Assembly (NCBI GenBank): GCA_964503465.1
Contig: CAZCYZ010000003.1
Span: 1-62,932, forward strand
DNA from: an uncultured Gammaproteobacteria bacterium
GTDB lineage: Bacteria > Patescibacteriota > Microgenomatia > UBA12405
Direction: 5' to 3'
Length of the DNA: 62,932 nt
Below are positions 26,637 through 34,659 of the stretch, one piece after another. Under the pieces are notes generated by a model. That model ran no database searches, was not told the origin of the DNA, and saw nothing but the letters and a program-made list of their open reading frames with translations. Every line of letters starts with the position of its first letter. Position 1 is the stretch's first letter. Both the position numbers and the translations under genes were made by a program.

Positions 26637-28403
26637 ATGTTAATCATTGGTTCTCTGATTCTCCTTCTTGTTGTTTTCCCCCACCATATTAAAGCCTACT
26701 CCCCCGACCCACAATATATTTTCGTCCGTAAGGACAATATGTGTTCAAATTGTATTCTTTGGAACGGCTACTACCCCGAAAATTACAACGATGCCGCTGT
26801 CGATCAAATACTTAACACCATTGGCACCAAAGGAACCGACCAAAGAAAACTCGGTGTCGGATCACTTTGGACTTACCACCTGACCGATCTCAATCGAATG
26901 AAACAATCCATGCAAAAAATGCTTGATCTTTCCCTGGCCCGGAACTTCCCGATATTCATTTCTCTTGATGGTTTTCAGTGGTGGGACAATCTAAAAAACC
27001 TTTGGAATTGGTGGGACCCAAGTGACCCTGCTACCTACAACCCCGAAAACAAAAACAATGTCGAATGGACCTCTTGGAATCCAAATGATGCTATCAAAAT
27101 TTCCTGGAGGAGTTGGGGTAAACAATTACGGGTCAAGCCCCATCCCAACATTGCCAGCCCGGCATTTATTCAAGCAAACAAAGACGCTCTCAAAAATCTT
27201 GTTCCCATTATTGTCAACTGGTACAACAACCTGCCTGATAACAAAAAATACCTTCTCGGTGGTGTCAGTTTTAGTCAGGAGGTCGATATCGGCGTTAACT
27301 ATACCTATTACAAAGACGGCAACAGTTATCTTGGCAAGCCAGAATCCAGTGATCCAGATGAAACGAATTTTCTCAAAGACTCAGTTCAACTGGGCTATGC
27401 CGCTGTCAAAACTGCCGGCCTCAAATCCTCTGGCGCTCTTACTGAAGATGACCTTGATACGGTCGTTAGAAACTATATCGAAGAACTAAATTCTTATGCC
27501 GTTAGTCTAGGCATACCTCGACACAAAATCTTCAATCAGGTTGGCGGCAAAGGTTTTGCTCCTTTTGAACACCCCTCAAACCTCGTCTTTAGCACTGCCA
27601 AAGCCTCAATTACTCCCCACGGCAATCCTGGCTGGAGTTTCTATGCCGGAGTGGCTGAAAACGCTGCCACCTACCCTGCCCTCACCGAAGCTCTCAATCT
27701 TTCTGGTAACTCACTTTGGGGCTCGCCTGAATATTTACCCTACAAACGCGACCGCCAAGGCTGGATTGATTCTCTTCGAAATTCTCTTAATTTTAGAAAT
27801 AATAAATTTATTAATATCACTAGCTGGGAAGGAATCCTTGGTGGCAAAGATGTTTATGCTCCAGCCGTCGGTGCCATTCGCCAAGTCCTCAACGAAACAC
27901 CAGTTTGTGTTTTGGGCACTCCTCAAATTAACCGACCCATTGCTGTTTCCGGTAGCCAGTTTACCCTAAACTGGACCCAATCTGCCGACACTCTTGCCAC
28001 TTACATTAATTGTGCCAATTCGCCAAAACTTACTAATCAGGGAACATTTAACCCAGCCAACATTGTCGTCAACCAGATGACCACTGAAACTAGCTTTCAA
28101 AAAAGTGGCTTTAATAATGGCACCTATTATTGCCAGGTAATCACCGATGGCTGTGACCCGGCCAAAAGAACTCTTTCTGAAATTGTTTCCTTTACTATCG
28201 GTTCCTCTCCCTCCCCTACCCCAAAACCCATCATTCCCGGTGACACTAATTCCGACGGTAAAGTAAATATTAGTGATTTTGGTGTTTGGAAAACTCAATA
28301 TCTTACTAAGACCGGACTAACTGCTGATTTCAATTCCAATGGCAAAATAGATATTGGTGATTTTGGCATTTGGAAGGCGGAATATTTGAAGACTAAAATT
28401 TAA
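26637..28403 (+). CDS. secreted hypothetical protein (Trp-rich glycan-enzyme-like domain, Ig/FN3-like module) with diverged C-terminal dockerin
   Basis: Hydrophobic N-terminus. DGFQWWDNLKNLWNWWDP region. C-terminus GDTNSDGKVNISDF...ADFNSNGKIDIGDF (two Dx[ND]x[DN]G loops). Confidence 0.6.
   Translation: MLIIGSLILLLVVFPHHIKAYSPDPQYIFVRKDNMCSNCILWNGYYPENYNDAAVDQILNTIGTKGTDQRKLGVGSLWTYHLTDLNRMKQSMQKMLDLSLARNFPIFISLDGFQWWDNLKNLWNWWDPSDPATYNPENKNNVEWTSWNPNDAIKISWRSWGKQLRVKPHPNIASPAFIQANKDALKNLVPIIVNWYNNLPDNKKYLLGGVSFSQEVDIGVNYTYYKDGNSYLGKPESSDPDETNFLKDSVQLGYAAVKTAGLKSSGALTEDDLDTVVRNYIEELNSYAVSLGIPRHKIFNQVGGKGFAPFEHPSNLVFSTAKASITPHGNPGWSFYAGVAENAATYPALTEALNLSGNSLWGSPEYLPYKRDRQGWIDSLRNSLNFRNNKFINITSWEGILGGKDVYAPAVGAIRQVLNETPVCVLGTPQINRPIAVSGSQFTLNWTQSADTLATYINCANSPKLTNQGTFNPANIVVNQMTTETSFQKSGFNNGTYYCQVITDGCDPAKRTLSEIVSFTIGSSPSPTPKPIIPGDTNSDGKVNISDFGVWKTQYLTKTGLTADFNSNGKIDIGDFGIWKAEYLKTKI
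28239..28403 (+). repeat. dockerin cassette, diverged copy 4
   Basis: Same module order as copies 1-3 but clearly diverged at the DNA level, except the last ~35 nt (ggaaggcggaatatttgaagactaaa). Confidence 0.7.
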
Positions 28404-28684
28404 TATCTGCGCCGCTTGGCCTGTACTGCTCGATCCACTCTTTGGCCTTGTTTGGTCCCCCAATAATCTGGACCCAAAGCCTCCAAATCACTTAGGTTAA
28501 ATCTACACTTCAGGTGTCGACTGGTTACTCTAACTAACCTCCCTGCATTTAGCTCTCCATCACTATCAACAAAAGCTCTCGGTTTAACACCATAAACTGC
28601 TCTCAATGTCGCTACCAACGACTTATTTCCAGCTCCAATCTCACTAATTCTTCGAAGTATCGACACCACATCACTCTCGGTCAT
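28400..28684 (-). CDS. hypothetical protein
   Basis: 94-aa ORF convergent with the fourth dockerin gene (4-nt overlap). No motif recognised. Confidence 0.45.
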   Translation of the reverse strand: MTESDVVSILRRISEIGAGNKSLVATLRAVYGVKPRAFVDSDGELNAGRLVRVTSRHLKCRFNLSDLEALGPDYWGTKQGQRVDRAVQAKRRRY

Positions 28685-28879
28685 AGTACCTCCTTCGTTA
28701 CCTCAATTTCCCATCTCAAAACAGCCGTTTTGAAACCAGAAACTCCGGTAACTCAAAATTTTAACCACCCATTCTACACCAGCTACTTTACATTGACCAC
28801 CCCCCTAGGCTATAATCCCCCCTGTACTACCAAAGACAGTAGGTACAAAAATAAATCCTACCGAGGCGATACATTTATT

Positions 28880-28903
28880 CCTCGCGTAGTCGCGAGGTTT
28901 TTT
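28880..28903 (+). terminator. intrinsic terminator-like hairpin inside the rplJ leader
   Basis: CCTCGCG-tagt-CGCGAGG followed by TTTTTT. No plus-strand gene lies upstream for it to terminate. Confidence 0.5.
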
Positions 28904-28956
28904 AGTTTTTTTAGGTAAAATTTGAAGTAAAATGCTAAATTTTACCTAAAAACACA

Positions 28957-28978
28957 ATCCCGATCGAAGCATCGGGAT
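28957..28978 (+). repeat. family-B hairpin repeat in the rplJ 5' UTR
   Basis: ACACA-ATCCCGAT-cgaagc-ATCGGGAT-AG ends 7 nt before the rplJ ATG. Homologous to the minus-strand copy upstream of leuS. Confidence 0.7.
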
Positions 28979-28985
28979 AGACCAT

Positions 28986-29522
28986 ATGAAAAACAAACAA
29001 ATCAAAATCGAAACCGTCGACAAAATTGCTGCTGATCTGCAGGCCGTCAAATCCGCCGCTCTGGTTCAGTACCAAGGCCTCAATGCCGCTGACACTGTCC
29101 TGATGCGTTCGAAAGTCAAATTAGCCGGTGGCCGTCTTGAAGTCACCAAAAACTCTCTTATCTCCCGGGCTCTGGAAAAAATTGGTATCAAACTCCCCGA
29201 GGAACTAACCGGCCCAACTGCCATCACCTACTGCGACACCGACGAAATTGCTCCTCTCAAGGAAATCGAAACTATTAACAAGTCCAAGGAAAAAACCAGC
29301 TTCAAATATGGCATCTACAACGGTCAGTTACTATCAGTTGACGAGTTAAAAAAGTTTCTTTCCCTCCCCTCCAAGTCAGCCCTTATTGTCCAGCTTCTTG
29401 GTGATCTTCAAAATCCTCTTCGTCGCCTTTCCTACGCCCTTCGCTACAATCAAACTCGCTTGGTTCTCGCCCTCAAAGCCGTGGCTGAAAAACAAAACAA
29501 ACCCTCCCCAACCCTCCCTTGA
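28986..29522 (+). CDS. rplJ: 50S ribosomal protein L10
   Basis: 178 aa, L10-like throughout and followed by rplL. The last codons and the TGA stop lie within a family-A repeat. Confidence 0.92.
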   Translation: MKNKQIKIETVDKIAADLQAVKSAALVQYQGLNAADTVLMRSKVKLAGGRLEVTKNSLISRALEKIGIKLPEELTGPTAITYCDTDEIAPLKEIETINKSKEKTSFKYGIYNGQLLSVDELKKFLSLPSKSALIVQLLGDLQNPLRRLSYALRYNQTRLVLALKAVAEKQNKPSPTLP

Positions 29523-29580
29523 CAGGGCGGGAGTTGTCTTACTTTCTCCCCTATCAAGGGGAGAACACAAGAGGGGTTTA
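29501..29580. repeat. family-A palindromic repeat copy at the rplJ 3' end and rplJ-rplL spacer
   Basis: CTCCC-TTGACAGGGC-GGGAG (~29514-29532) and TCTCCCCT-ATCA-AGGGGAGA (~29545-29564). Confidence 0.65.
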
Positions 29581-29620
29581 AAATAAAAATTAAAAATTAT
29601 TAATTAAAAATTAAATTCAT

Positions 29621-30013
29621 ATGTCCGATAAACTAACCAAAATAATCGACCAAATTTCTGAATTGTCAGTCATCGAACTCGCTGACCTGGTCAAATCGAT
29701 CGAAGAAAAGTTCGACGTTAAGGCTGTCGCTATGGCCGCTCCTGCCGCTGGTGCTCCTGCTGCTGGTGCTCCTGCCACTGGTGCCGCTCCGGCTGAGGAA
29801 AAAACCGAATTTGATGTCACTATCACTTCTGCTGGTGCCAACAAAATCGCCGTCATCAAAGTTGTTCGCGAGTTCAAGCCAGAACTAGGCCTCAAAGAAG
29901 CCAAAGATATGGTTGATGCTCCCCCAGCTTCCCTTGGCACTATGAAGAAAGATGCTGCCAACGATGCCAAAACCAAGCTTGAAGCCGCTGGAGCGCAGGT
30001 TGAGTTAAAGTAA
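29621..30013 (+). CDS. rplL: 50S ribosomal protein L7/L12
   Basis: 130 aa. Ala/Pro hinge [20 protein letters not shown] and C-terminal domain [25 protein letters not shown]. Confidence 0.97.
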   Translation: MSDKLTKIIDQISELSVIELADLVKSIEEKFDVKAVAMAAPAAGAPAAGAPATGAAPAEEKTEFDVTITSAGANKIAVIKVVREFKPELGLKEAKDMVDAPPASLGTMKKDAANDAKTKLEAAGAQVELK

Positions 30014-30033
30014 TCTTATTACTTCGCAATTCA

Positions 30034-30066
30034 AACCCTCCTACGTTTATCGTTGGAGGGTTTTTG
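30034..30066 (+). terminator. intrinsic terminator after rplL (also overlaps the 3' end of the convergent gene)
   Basis: AACCCTCC-13 nt loop-GGAGGGTT followed by TTTTTG. Confidence 0.7.
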
Positions 30067-31090
30067 TTTCCAACGCCTTCACCACTTCCCCCACCTTGCC
30101 ACTCTCTTTTTTGGGGCACACCAACACTCCATCCTCACTCTCAATCACACACAAATCCGACAATCCGATTATCGCTACTGGTTTCTTTGATCGCACATAA
30201 TTATTACCCCCTTCTATCTCCACCACCCTCCCATTTCTTGCCACTGCCTTTTCTTTCTCATATTCCCCCAAGCTTTCCCAAGTTCCAAAATCCCAAATTT
30301 TAAAAGGAAACTCAACAATTATCGACCTCTTTTGAGCGTGAACTTGCGAAGTTACCTCCTCAATCATTCCCTTTGGCATTTTGCCATACTCTGTCACTAC
30401 ATCTGCTCCATTTGCAATCTCCATCAACGGCCCATACCAATCCGGCCGAAATTCTTGATACATTTTTAGCAAGTTATTTGGTGTCATACAACTATGATTC
30501 CAGTGCAACAACAAATTTTTTGACCCCACCATTGCCTCCACCCTCTCCCTCTCCGACCTATCTACATACCCCTCTACTTTATATACCTTCACTCCTGCCT
30601 TCTCTTCGATCAACTCCCCCTTAATCACATAATCAACTCCACTAACCACATTTATCGGCATCATCCCCCCAGTCATATAACCCTCATTTTTTCGCGCCAA
30701 CCCATCCATCATCTCCATCGCCACAAAAAATGTTTCCTCATCCTCTCTTATCAAATCTGCCTGAATCAACATAAACGGCTCATCTCCAAAACCCCTTTTC
30801 AACAGCATTGCCGCGGCAAAACCAGTCGCCGGCCCCTGATTTCTCATCTCCGGCTCAATAAAGATATTTTCTTCAACAATCTCCTCCACCAACTCTCGAG
30901 CCATTTTCGCCTGCTCAGGATTAGTTTGTAAAAATATTTTCTCCGGTCCAAACCTCTTTCTCAACATCTCCCAATTCAATTCAAATAATGATTTGCTCTT
31001 AATTAACGGCAAAAAGTGCTTTGGATGGGTCGGACTGCTTTCCGGCCACATCTTCGTCCCTACTCCTCCACAAATTATTACTGGTATCAT
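30047..31090 (-). CDS. sugar-phosphate nucleotidyltransferase (mannose-1-phosphate guanylyltransferase-like)
   Basis: N-terminal IICGGVGTKMWPES...PKHFLPL, the GGxGTRLWPLS-type motif of NDP-sugar pyrophosphorylases. 347 aa. Confidence 0.75.
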   Translation of the reverse strand: MIPVIICGGVGTKMWPESSPTHPKHFLPLIKSKSLFELNWEMLRKRFGPEKIFLQTNPEQAKMARELVEEIVEENIFIEPEMRNQGPATGFAAAMLLKRGFGDEPFMLIQADLIREDEETFFVAMEMMDGLARKNEGYMTGGMMPINVVSGVDYVIKGELIEEKAGVKVYKVEGYVDRSERERVEAMVGSKNLLLHWNHSCMTPNNLLKMYQEFRPDWYGPLMEIANGADVVTEYGKMPKGMIEEVTSQVHAQKRSIIVEFPFKIWDFGTWESLGEYEKEKAVARNGRVVEIEGGNNYVRSKKPVAIIGLSDLCVIESEDGVLVCPKKESGKVGEVVKALETKTLQR

Positions 31091-31758
31091 CCCTCAACTC
31101 TATCAGGATTAAAAATAGGCCTCAAATTGTTGCATCTATCAATCCTTCGGTTCATCTCTGCTCTTTCCGGTGGCGACAATCTCGCTAGATATCCCCTCTC
31201 ATCAAACCTATCTCCACCATTAGCCGCTACAATCCTATCCAAATAATCCTCCAAATTCATCCACTCTTCAGCCAACACCGCCACCGGTTCCGGCTGATAC
31301 CCCCCAGCTTCCCTAAACCTCTCCAACATCACCTCTTCATACTCACCCACATACTGATAATATTCCTCTTGGTTCATCTTCGACACATCCCCAAAATACT
31401 TCCTGGAAAGTCTTCTTAACCAATCATAGCCAATAGCCGCCCCCACTATTAACCTTCCCAATCGTTTAACCCCTCTATTCTCGGGGTCAGAATTTTCTGC
31501 CCTAGCGAATTGATCGTCCGTCAATTTTTTAACCTCTTTATATCCCTGTAATGCCATTCTATCACTCTCATCCATCGCCGACCTCATCCTTCTATGTGCT
31601 TCCGTTGCAATACCTTCCCCTAAATGTTGAGGTAAACTTCCACTCCAAGCCCATGCTCTTCTTGCTTCTTCCGCTTGATAATACAATTTCAATGCTTCAG
31701 CATTCACCGATCTTTCTTTTAATCCACTTCTTAAACCTACTTTCGCCTCACCCACCAT
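31087..31758 (-). CDS. hypothetical protein
   Basis: 223-aa ORF with a 4-nt overlap with the downstream nucleotidyltransferase gene. Unrecognised. Confidence 0.55.
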   Translation of the reverse strand: MVGEAKVGLRSGLKERSVNAEALKLYYQAEEARRAWAWSGSLPQHLGEGIATEAHRRMRSAMDESDRMALQGYKEVKKLTDDQFARAENSDPENRGVKRLGRLIVGAAIGYDWLRRLSRKYFGDVSKMNQEEYYQYVGEYEEVMLERFREAGGYQPEPVAVLAEEWMNLEDYLDRIVAANGGDRFDERGYLARLSPPERAEMNRRIDRCNNLRPIFNPDRVEG

Positions 31759-31838
31759 CTTGTTATTTAAAATTTAAATTAAATTAGAACTATTCAATTA
31801 TTAACACATTCTCCTCCGTTTTTCACTCTCCACCACCA

Positions 31839-33215
31839 TCACGACACATTTTTCCACCACCAATCCACCGTTATTAAACTTAAATACTTCAAATTTAAAT
31901 AAATCACTACCAACAACACTATTCCCATCACCCACCTTCGCCACCTACCCCCCAACAGCCCCAACATCAACCACCCCATTACCCCCCAACGCCACATTCC
32001 CACATATCCCTGAAAAGTACCCAATCCCACCACCCTTGACACCCCCTCCCCCACCAACAATAGTCCCATCAACCACACCATCATTCCGTTTCGGCCAGTT
32101 TCAAAGTACACCCCAAAACACCTCGCCACCAACATCAACAATAATGGCCAAAAAGGGAAAGCATACCAACCATATTGCTGACTGCCAAAAAATATATATA
32201 TCGCCAAGTATATCCACAGCCCCCAAATCACTATCTTATCCCCCAATTGGTTATTTCTTCTTGTTAACCAAACAAAATTTACTAACCACCCTGCCAATAT
32301 CCACACTTCAGGAAACGACTTATATTGAGTCAATCGCTGATTCCTAATTAACTCCATCAACACATTCGGCCCAATACCATAAAAGCGGCCATAATTTGAT
32401 TTCAGCAAGTTAACAAACACCTCCCAGTCATAAATCATCCCGTAAATTACAAACCAACCAGCAATCGGCAAACTAAAAGCCAACAAAAATCCGACTTCGG
32501 CCAAAAATTTTTTGTTAACCTTTTTGTACTTATCCCAAATCACCATCACCGACACCAACAAACACACCACCCCCGACAACTTAAACAACATTGCCACTCC
32601 GCTTACTATTCCCGCTCCCGCCAGCCACCAATCACTATTGTTTTTTCGATAATGACTTAGCATTATCATCACCGCCAACAAACACGGGATTACCCCATTC
32701 TCCGCCTGTATCATCCGGCTACTTAACACCACCAACGGTACTGTCGCATAAATCAATCCCGTCATCAATCCGGTTACAAATCCAAAATTAATCCAGGCAA
32801 AAACCATTGCCAAAACTACCGATATTGCCCCCATTACCACCACCGGCCGCCGAATCAACACCGTTCTGGCCTCCTCAAAATTTCTTGCCCCCGCCAAATA
32901 AGCATATCCGCCAGTTAAAAGTCCCATCAATGGTGGATGATCCATCCACGGGTAATTAATCTCCAGGGCATCACCTCCCACCACCTGATACCACCTATCA
33001 ACATTAACATATCTCTTCACTTCTTCCTTATATCCCTCCATTCCCGATATCCCCACCGGCATCCCCAATTCGATCAGCGACATTCCCATCCAAGAATAAC
33101 CATATTCATCCACCGACTGCCCCGGTGTTGGTATTTGGGCATAATCGCTCCTCCGCAACCATAAAGCCACCAAAAAGACTGCCAATATCGACAACAACTT
33201 AATTATTTTCTTCAT
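31839..33215 (-). CDS. GT-C fold glycosyltransferase-like integral membrane protein (ArnT/PMT_2-like)
   Basis: Polytopic. DEYGYSWMGMSL first-loop motif. Start placed at the internal MKKIIKLLSILAVFLV signal-anchor (the ORF extends to 33260). Confidence 0.65.
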   Translation of the reverse strand: MKKIIKLLSILAVFLVALWLRRSDYAQIPTPGQSVDEYGYSWMGMSLIELGMPVGISGMEGYKEEVKRYVNVDRWYQVVGGDALEINYPWMDHPPLMGLLTGGYAYLAGARNFEEARTVLIRRPVVVMGAISVVLAMVFAWINFGFVTGLMTGLIYATVPLVVLSSRMIQAENGVIPCLLAVMIMLSHYRKNNSDWWLAGAGIVSGVAMLFKLSGVVCLLVSVMVIWDKYKKVNKKFLAEVGFLLAFSLPIAGWFVIYGMIYDWEVFVNLLKSNYGRFYGIGPNVLMELIRNQRLTQYKSFPEVWILAGWLVNFVWLTRRNNQLGDKIVIWGLWIYLAIYIFFGSQQYGWYAFPFWPLLLMLVARCFGVYFETGRNGMMVWLMGLLLVGEGVSRVVGLGTFQGYVGMWRWGVMGWLMLGLLGGRWRRWVMGIVLLVVIYLNLKYLSLITVDWWWKNVS

Positions 33216-33645
33216 CGCAGTCGATCCTGTCGGTTTTTTTAACTGACATCTTCCAGTCACTAATCATCGTTTTATCATTTAATCGACACCCCCATGTCAT
33301 TTCCCCGTCCACCCCCACAATTCTGGCATATTCCTTCATCACCCCTCTCAAACTTTTATCCTCAATCGCCCGAAGGGACAAAGTACTCTGGCTCTTCCTG
33401 CCATCAGCACACCAAAAACTGATTTTCACCCAATTACCATCCGGCTCCTTTGGCTCCCCAAACACTGCATATTTACACCAGTCCGTCGTCCTATCCCTAT
33501 CTGTCGCTGTTGCCATTATCATTCTTTCCAACTTTTCCTTGGAAAAATTCTTTTGCCTTTCCCGTACCCCCACCACCGATCCTATCGTCAATACTCCGTA
33601 AATCACTCCCCACCCAATTAATATTTTATTTCTCACCGCCAACAA
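33199..33645 (-). CDS. hypothetical membrane-anchored protein
   Basis: 148 aa with one N-terminal hydrophobic helix. Unrecognised. Confidence 0.5.
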   Translation of the reverse strand: MLAVRNKILIGWGVIYGVLTIGSVVGVRERQKNFSKEKLERMIMATATDRDRTTDWCKYAVFGEPKEPDGNWVKISFWCADGRKSQSTLSLRAIEDKSLRGVMKEYARIVGVDGEMTWGCRLNDKTMISDWKMSVKKTDRIDCDEENN

Positions 33646-34621
33646 AACTGCTTATATTCCCTATTGTTGTCTTAATAATTCTCTCAATCGCTTCTCTGGT
33701 ATTAAAAGCATTATGTGGCGTAAACACCACATCATCCCTATCCCGTAGCAGATGAAACGACAGTACCTCCTGCAAATCATCTTTAGTTGGTCGTTTACTG
33801 GTTACCATCGAAATATTTTCTACCTTGTCCTCCTCCTCGGTCACATCTAATCCCGCTCCAGCCAATATGCCATGATTTAGGGCCCAGACAATCGCCTCGG
33901 CCTTAACTATCGGCCCCCGGGAAGTATTGATCAGATAACTTCCCCTCTTCATTAACTTAATATTTTCGCTATTAATCAAATGATGAGTTGCTGGCAAATA
34001 AGGCACATGCAAAGTTACAAAGTCTGATTCCCTCAACAGGGTTTCCAAATCCACATACTTAAATCGAAGCCATTTAGCCAATTTTTCGTCCCGGTTTCGC
34101 TCCACCGCTATCACCCTCATCCCCAGTGCCCGTCCCAAACGAACCACATTGCCCCCAATCTTTCCTACTCCCACCACTCCCAAAGTCTTCCCCTCCAAAT
34201 CCACCCCTGTCAATCCCTCTGGGCTAAACTCCCCATTCTCGACTGACTGGTGTGCCGGCACAATCTTTTTGGCTATAGCCAACATCAACGCCACCGTATA
34301 TTCTGCCACTGTGTTCGATCCATACTCCGGTACGTTAGCTACCTTTATTCCTCTCTTTTTGCACTGCTCAATATCAATGTGGTCAATCCCTGTCGACCTC
34401 GCTGCCACCATTTTCAAGTTTGGCAACTTATCCAATACTTCTTTAGTTAGTTTTGAATAGATAAACACTGACAATGCCTCATATTGCGCCGCTATCTCCA
34501 ACTTATCCTGAACTTCTTCCTCAAAAATCCCCACCCCAGTCGTATCCAAATTAATTATTTCTCTCTCAATTGCCTCCCTCTCCCAACTCTTAACTCCAAA
34601 AAAAGCAATTTTTAGACCCAT
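33626..34621 (-). CDS. D-isomer-specific 2-hydroxyacid dehydrogenase (D-lactate dehydrogenase-like)
   Basis: NAD-binding GVVGVGKIGGNVVRLGRALGMRV, plus NTSRG and TPH motifs of the D-2-HADH family. Confidence 0.85.
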   Translation of the reverse strand: MGLKIAFFGVKSWEREAIEREIINLDTTGVGIFEEEVQDKLEIAAQYEALSVFIYSKLTKEVLDKLPNLKMVAARSTGIDHIDIEQCKKRGIKVANVPEYGSNTVAEYTVALMLAIAKKIVPAHQSVENGEFSPEGLTGVDLEGKTLGVVGVGKIGGNVVRLGRALGMRVIAVERNRDEKLAKWLRFKYVDLETLLRESDFVTLHVPYLPATHHLINSENIKLMKRGSYLINTSRGPIVKAEAIVWALNHGILAGAGLDVTEEEDKVENISMVTSKRPTKDDLQEVLSFHLLRDRDDVVFTPHNAFNTREAIERIIKTTIGNISSFVGGEK

Positions 34622-34659
34622 TAACTCATTTTACACTATTCTAGTGCTACCATCTAAGT

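Larger units (their letters stand above)
28790..28985 (+). promoter_or_regulatory. structured rplJ leader (candidate L10-type autoregulatory leader/attenuator)
   Basis: ~200 nt without a credible ORF, immediately upstream of rplJ. Contains several hairpins, including a terminator-like stem and a possible competing pairing of CGAGG (28862-28866) with CCTCG (28880-28884). Confidence 0.4.

Noticed and set aside
23195-28403. Repeated ~160-240-nt sequences spaced ~1.4-1.8 kb apart, considered as a possible CRISPR-like or tandem array.
   Set aside because: The repeats are the in-frame 3' ends (linker plus dockerin) of four protein-coding genes. The spacing is far too large for CRISPR, and no cas genes are present.
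28730-28918. 62-aa ORF in the rplJ leader, and 86-aa ORF 50551..50811 in the murB upstream region.
   Set aside because: They overlap hairpin or terminator structures, have no start context and translate to implausible sequences. The regions are better explained as non-coding.
16120-34621. Ddl together with a D-lactate-dehydrogenase-like gene (33626..34621), considered as a VanA/VanH-type D-Ala-D-Lac depsipeptide pathway.
   Set aside because: The Ddl omega-loop retains the FDYEAKY tyrosine characteristic of D-Ala-D-Ala ligases. The two genes are 16 kb apart, and no VanX or VanRS-like genes are present.
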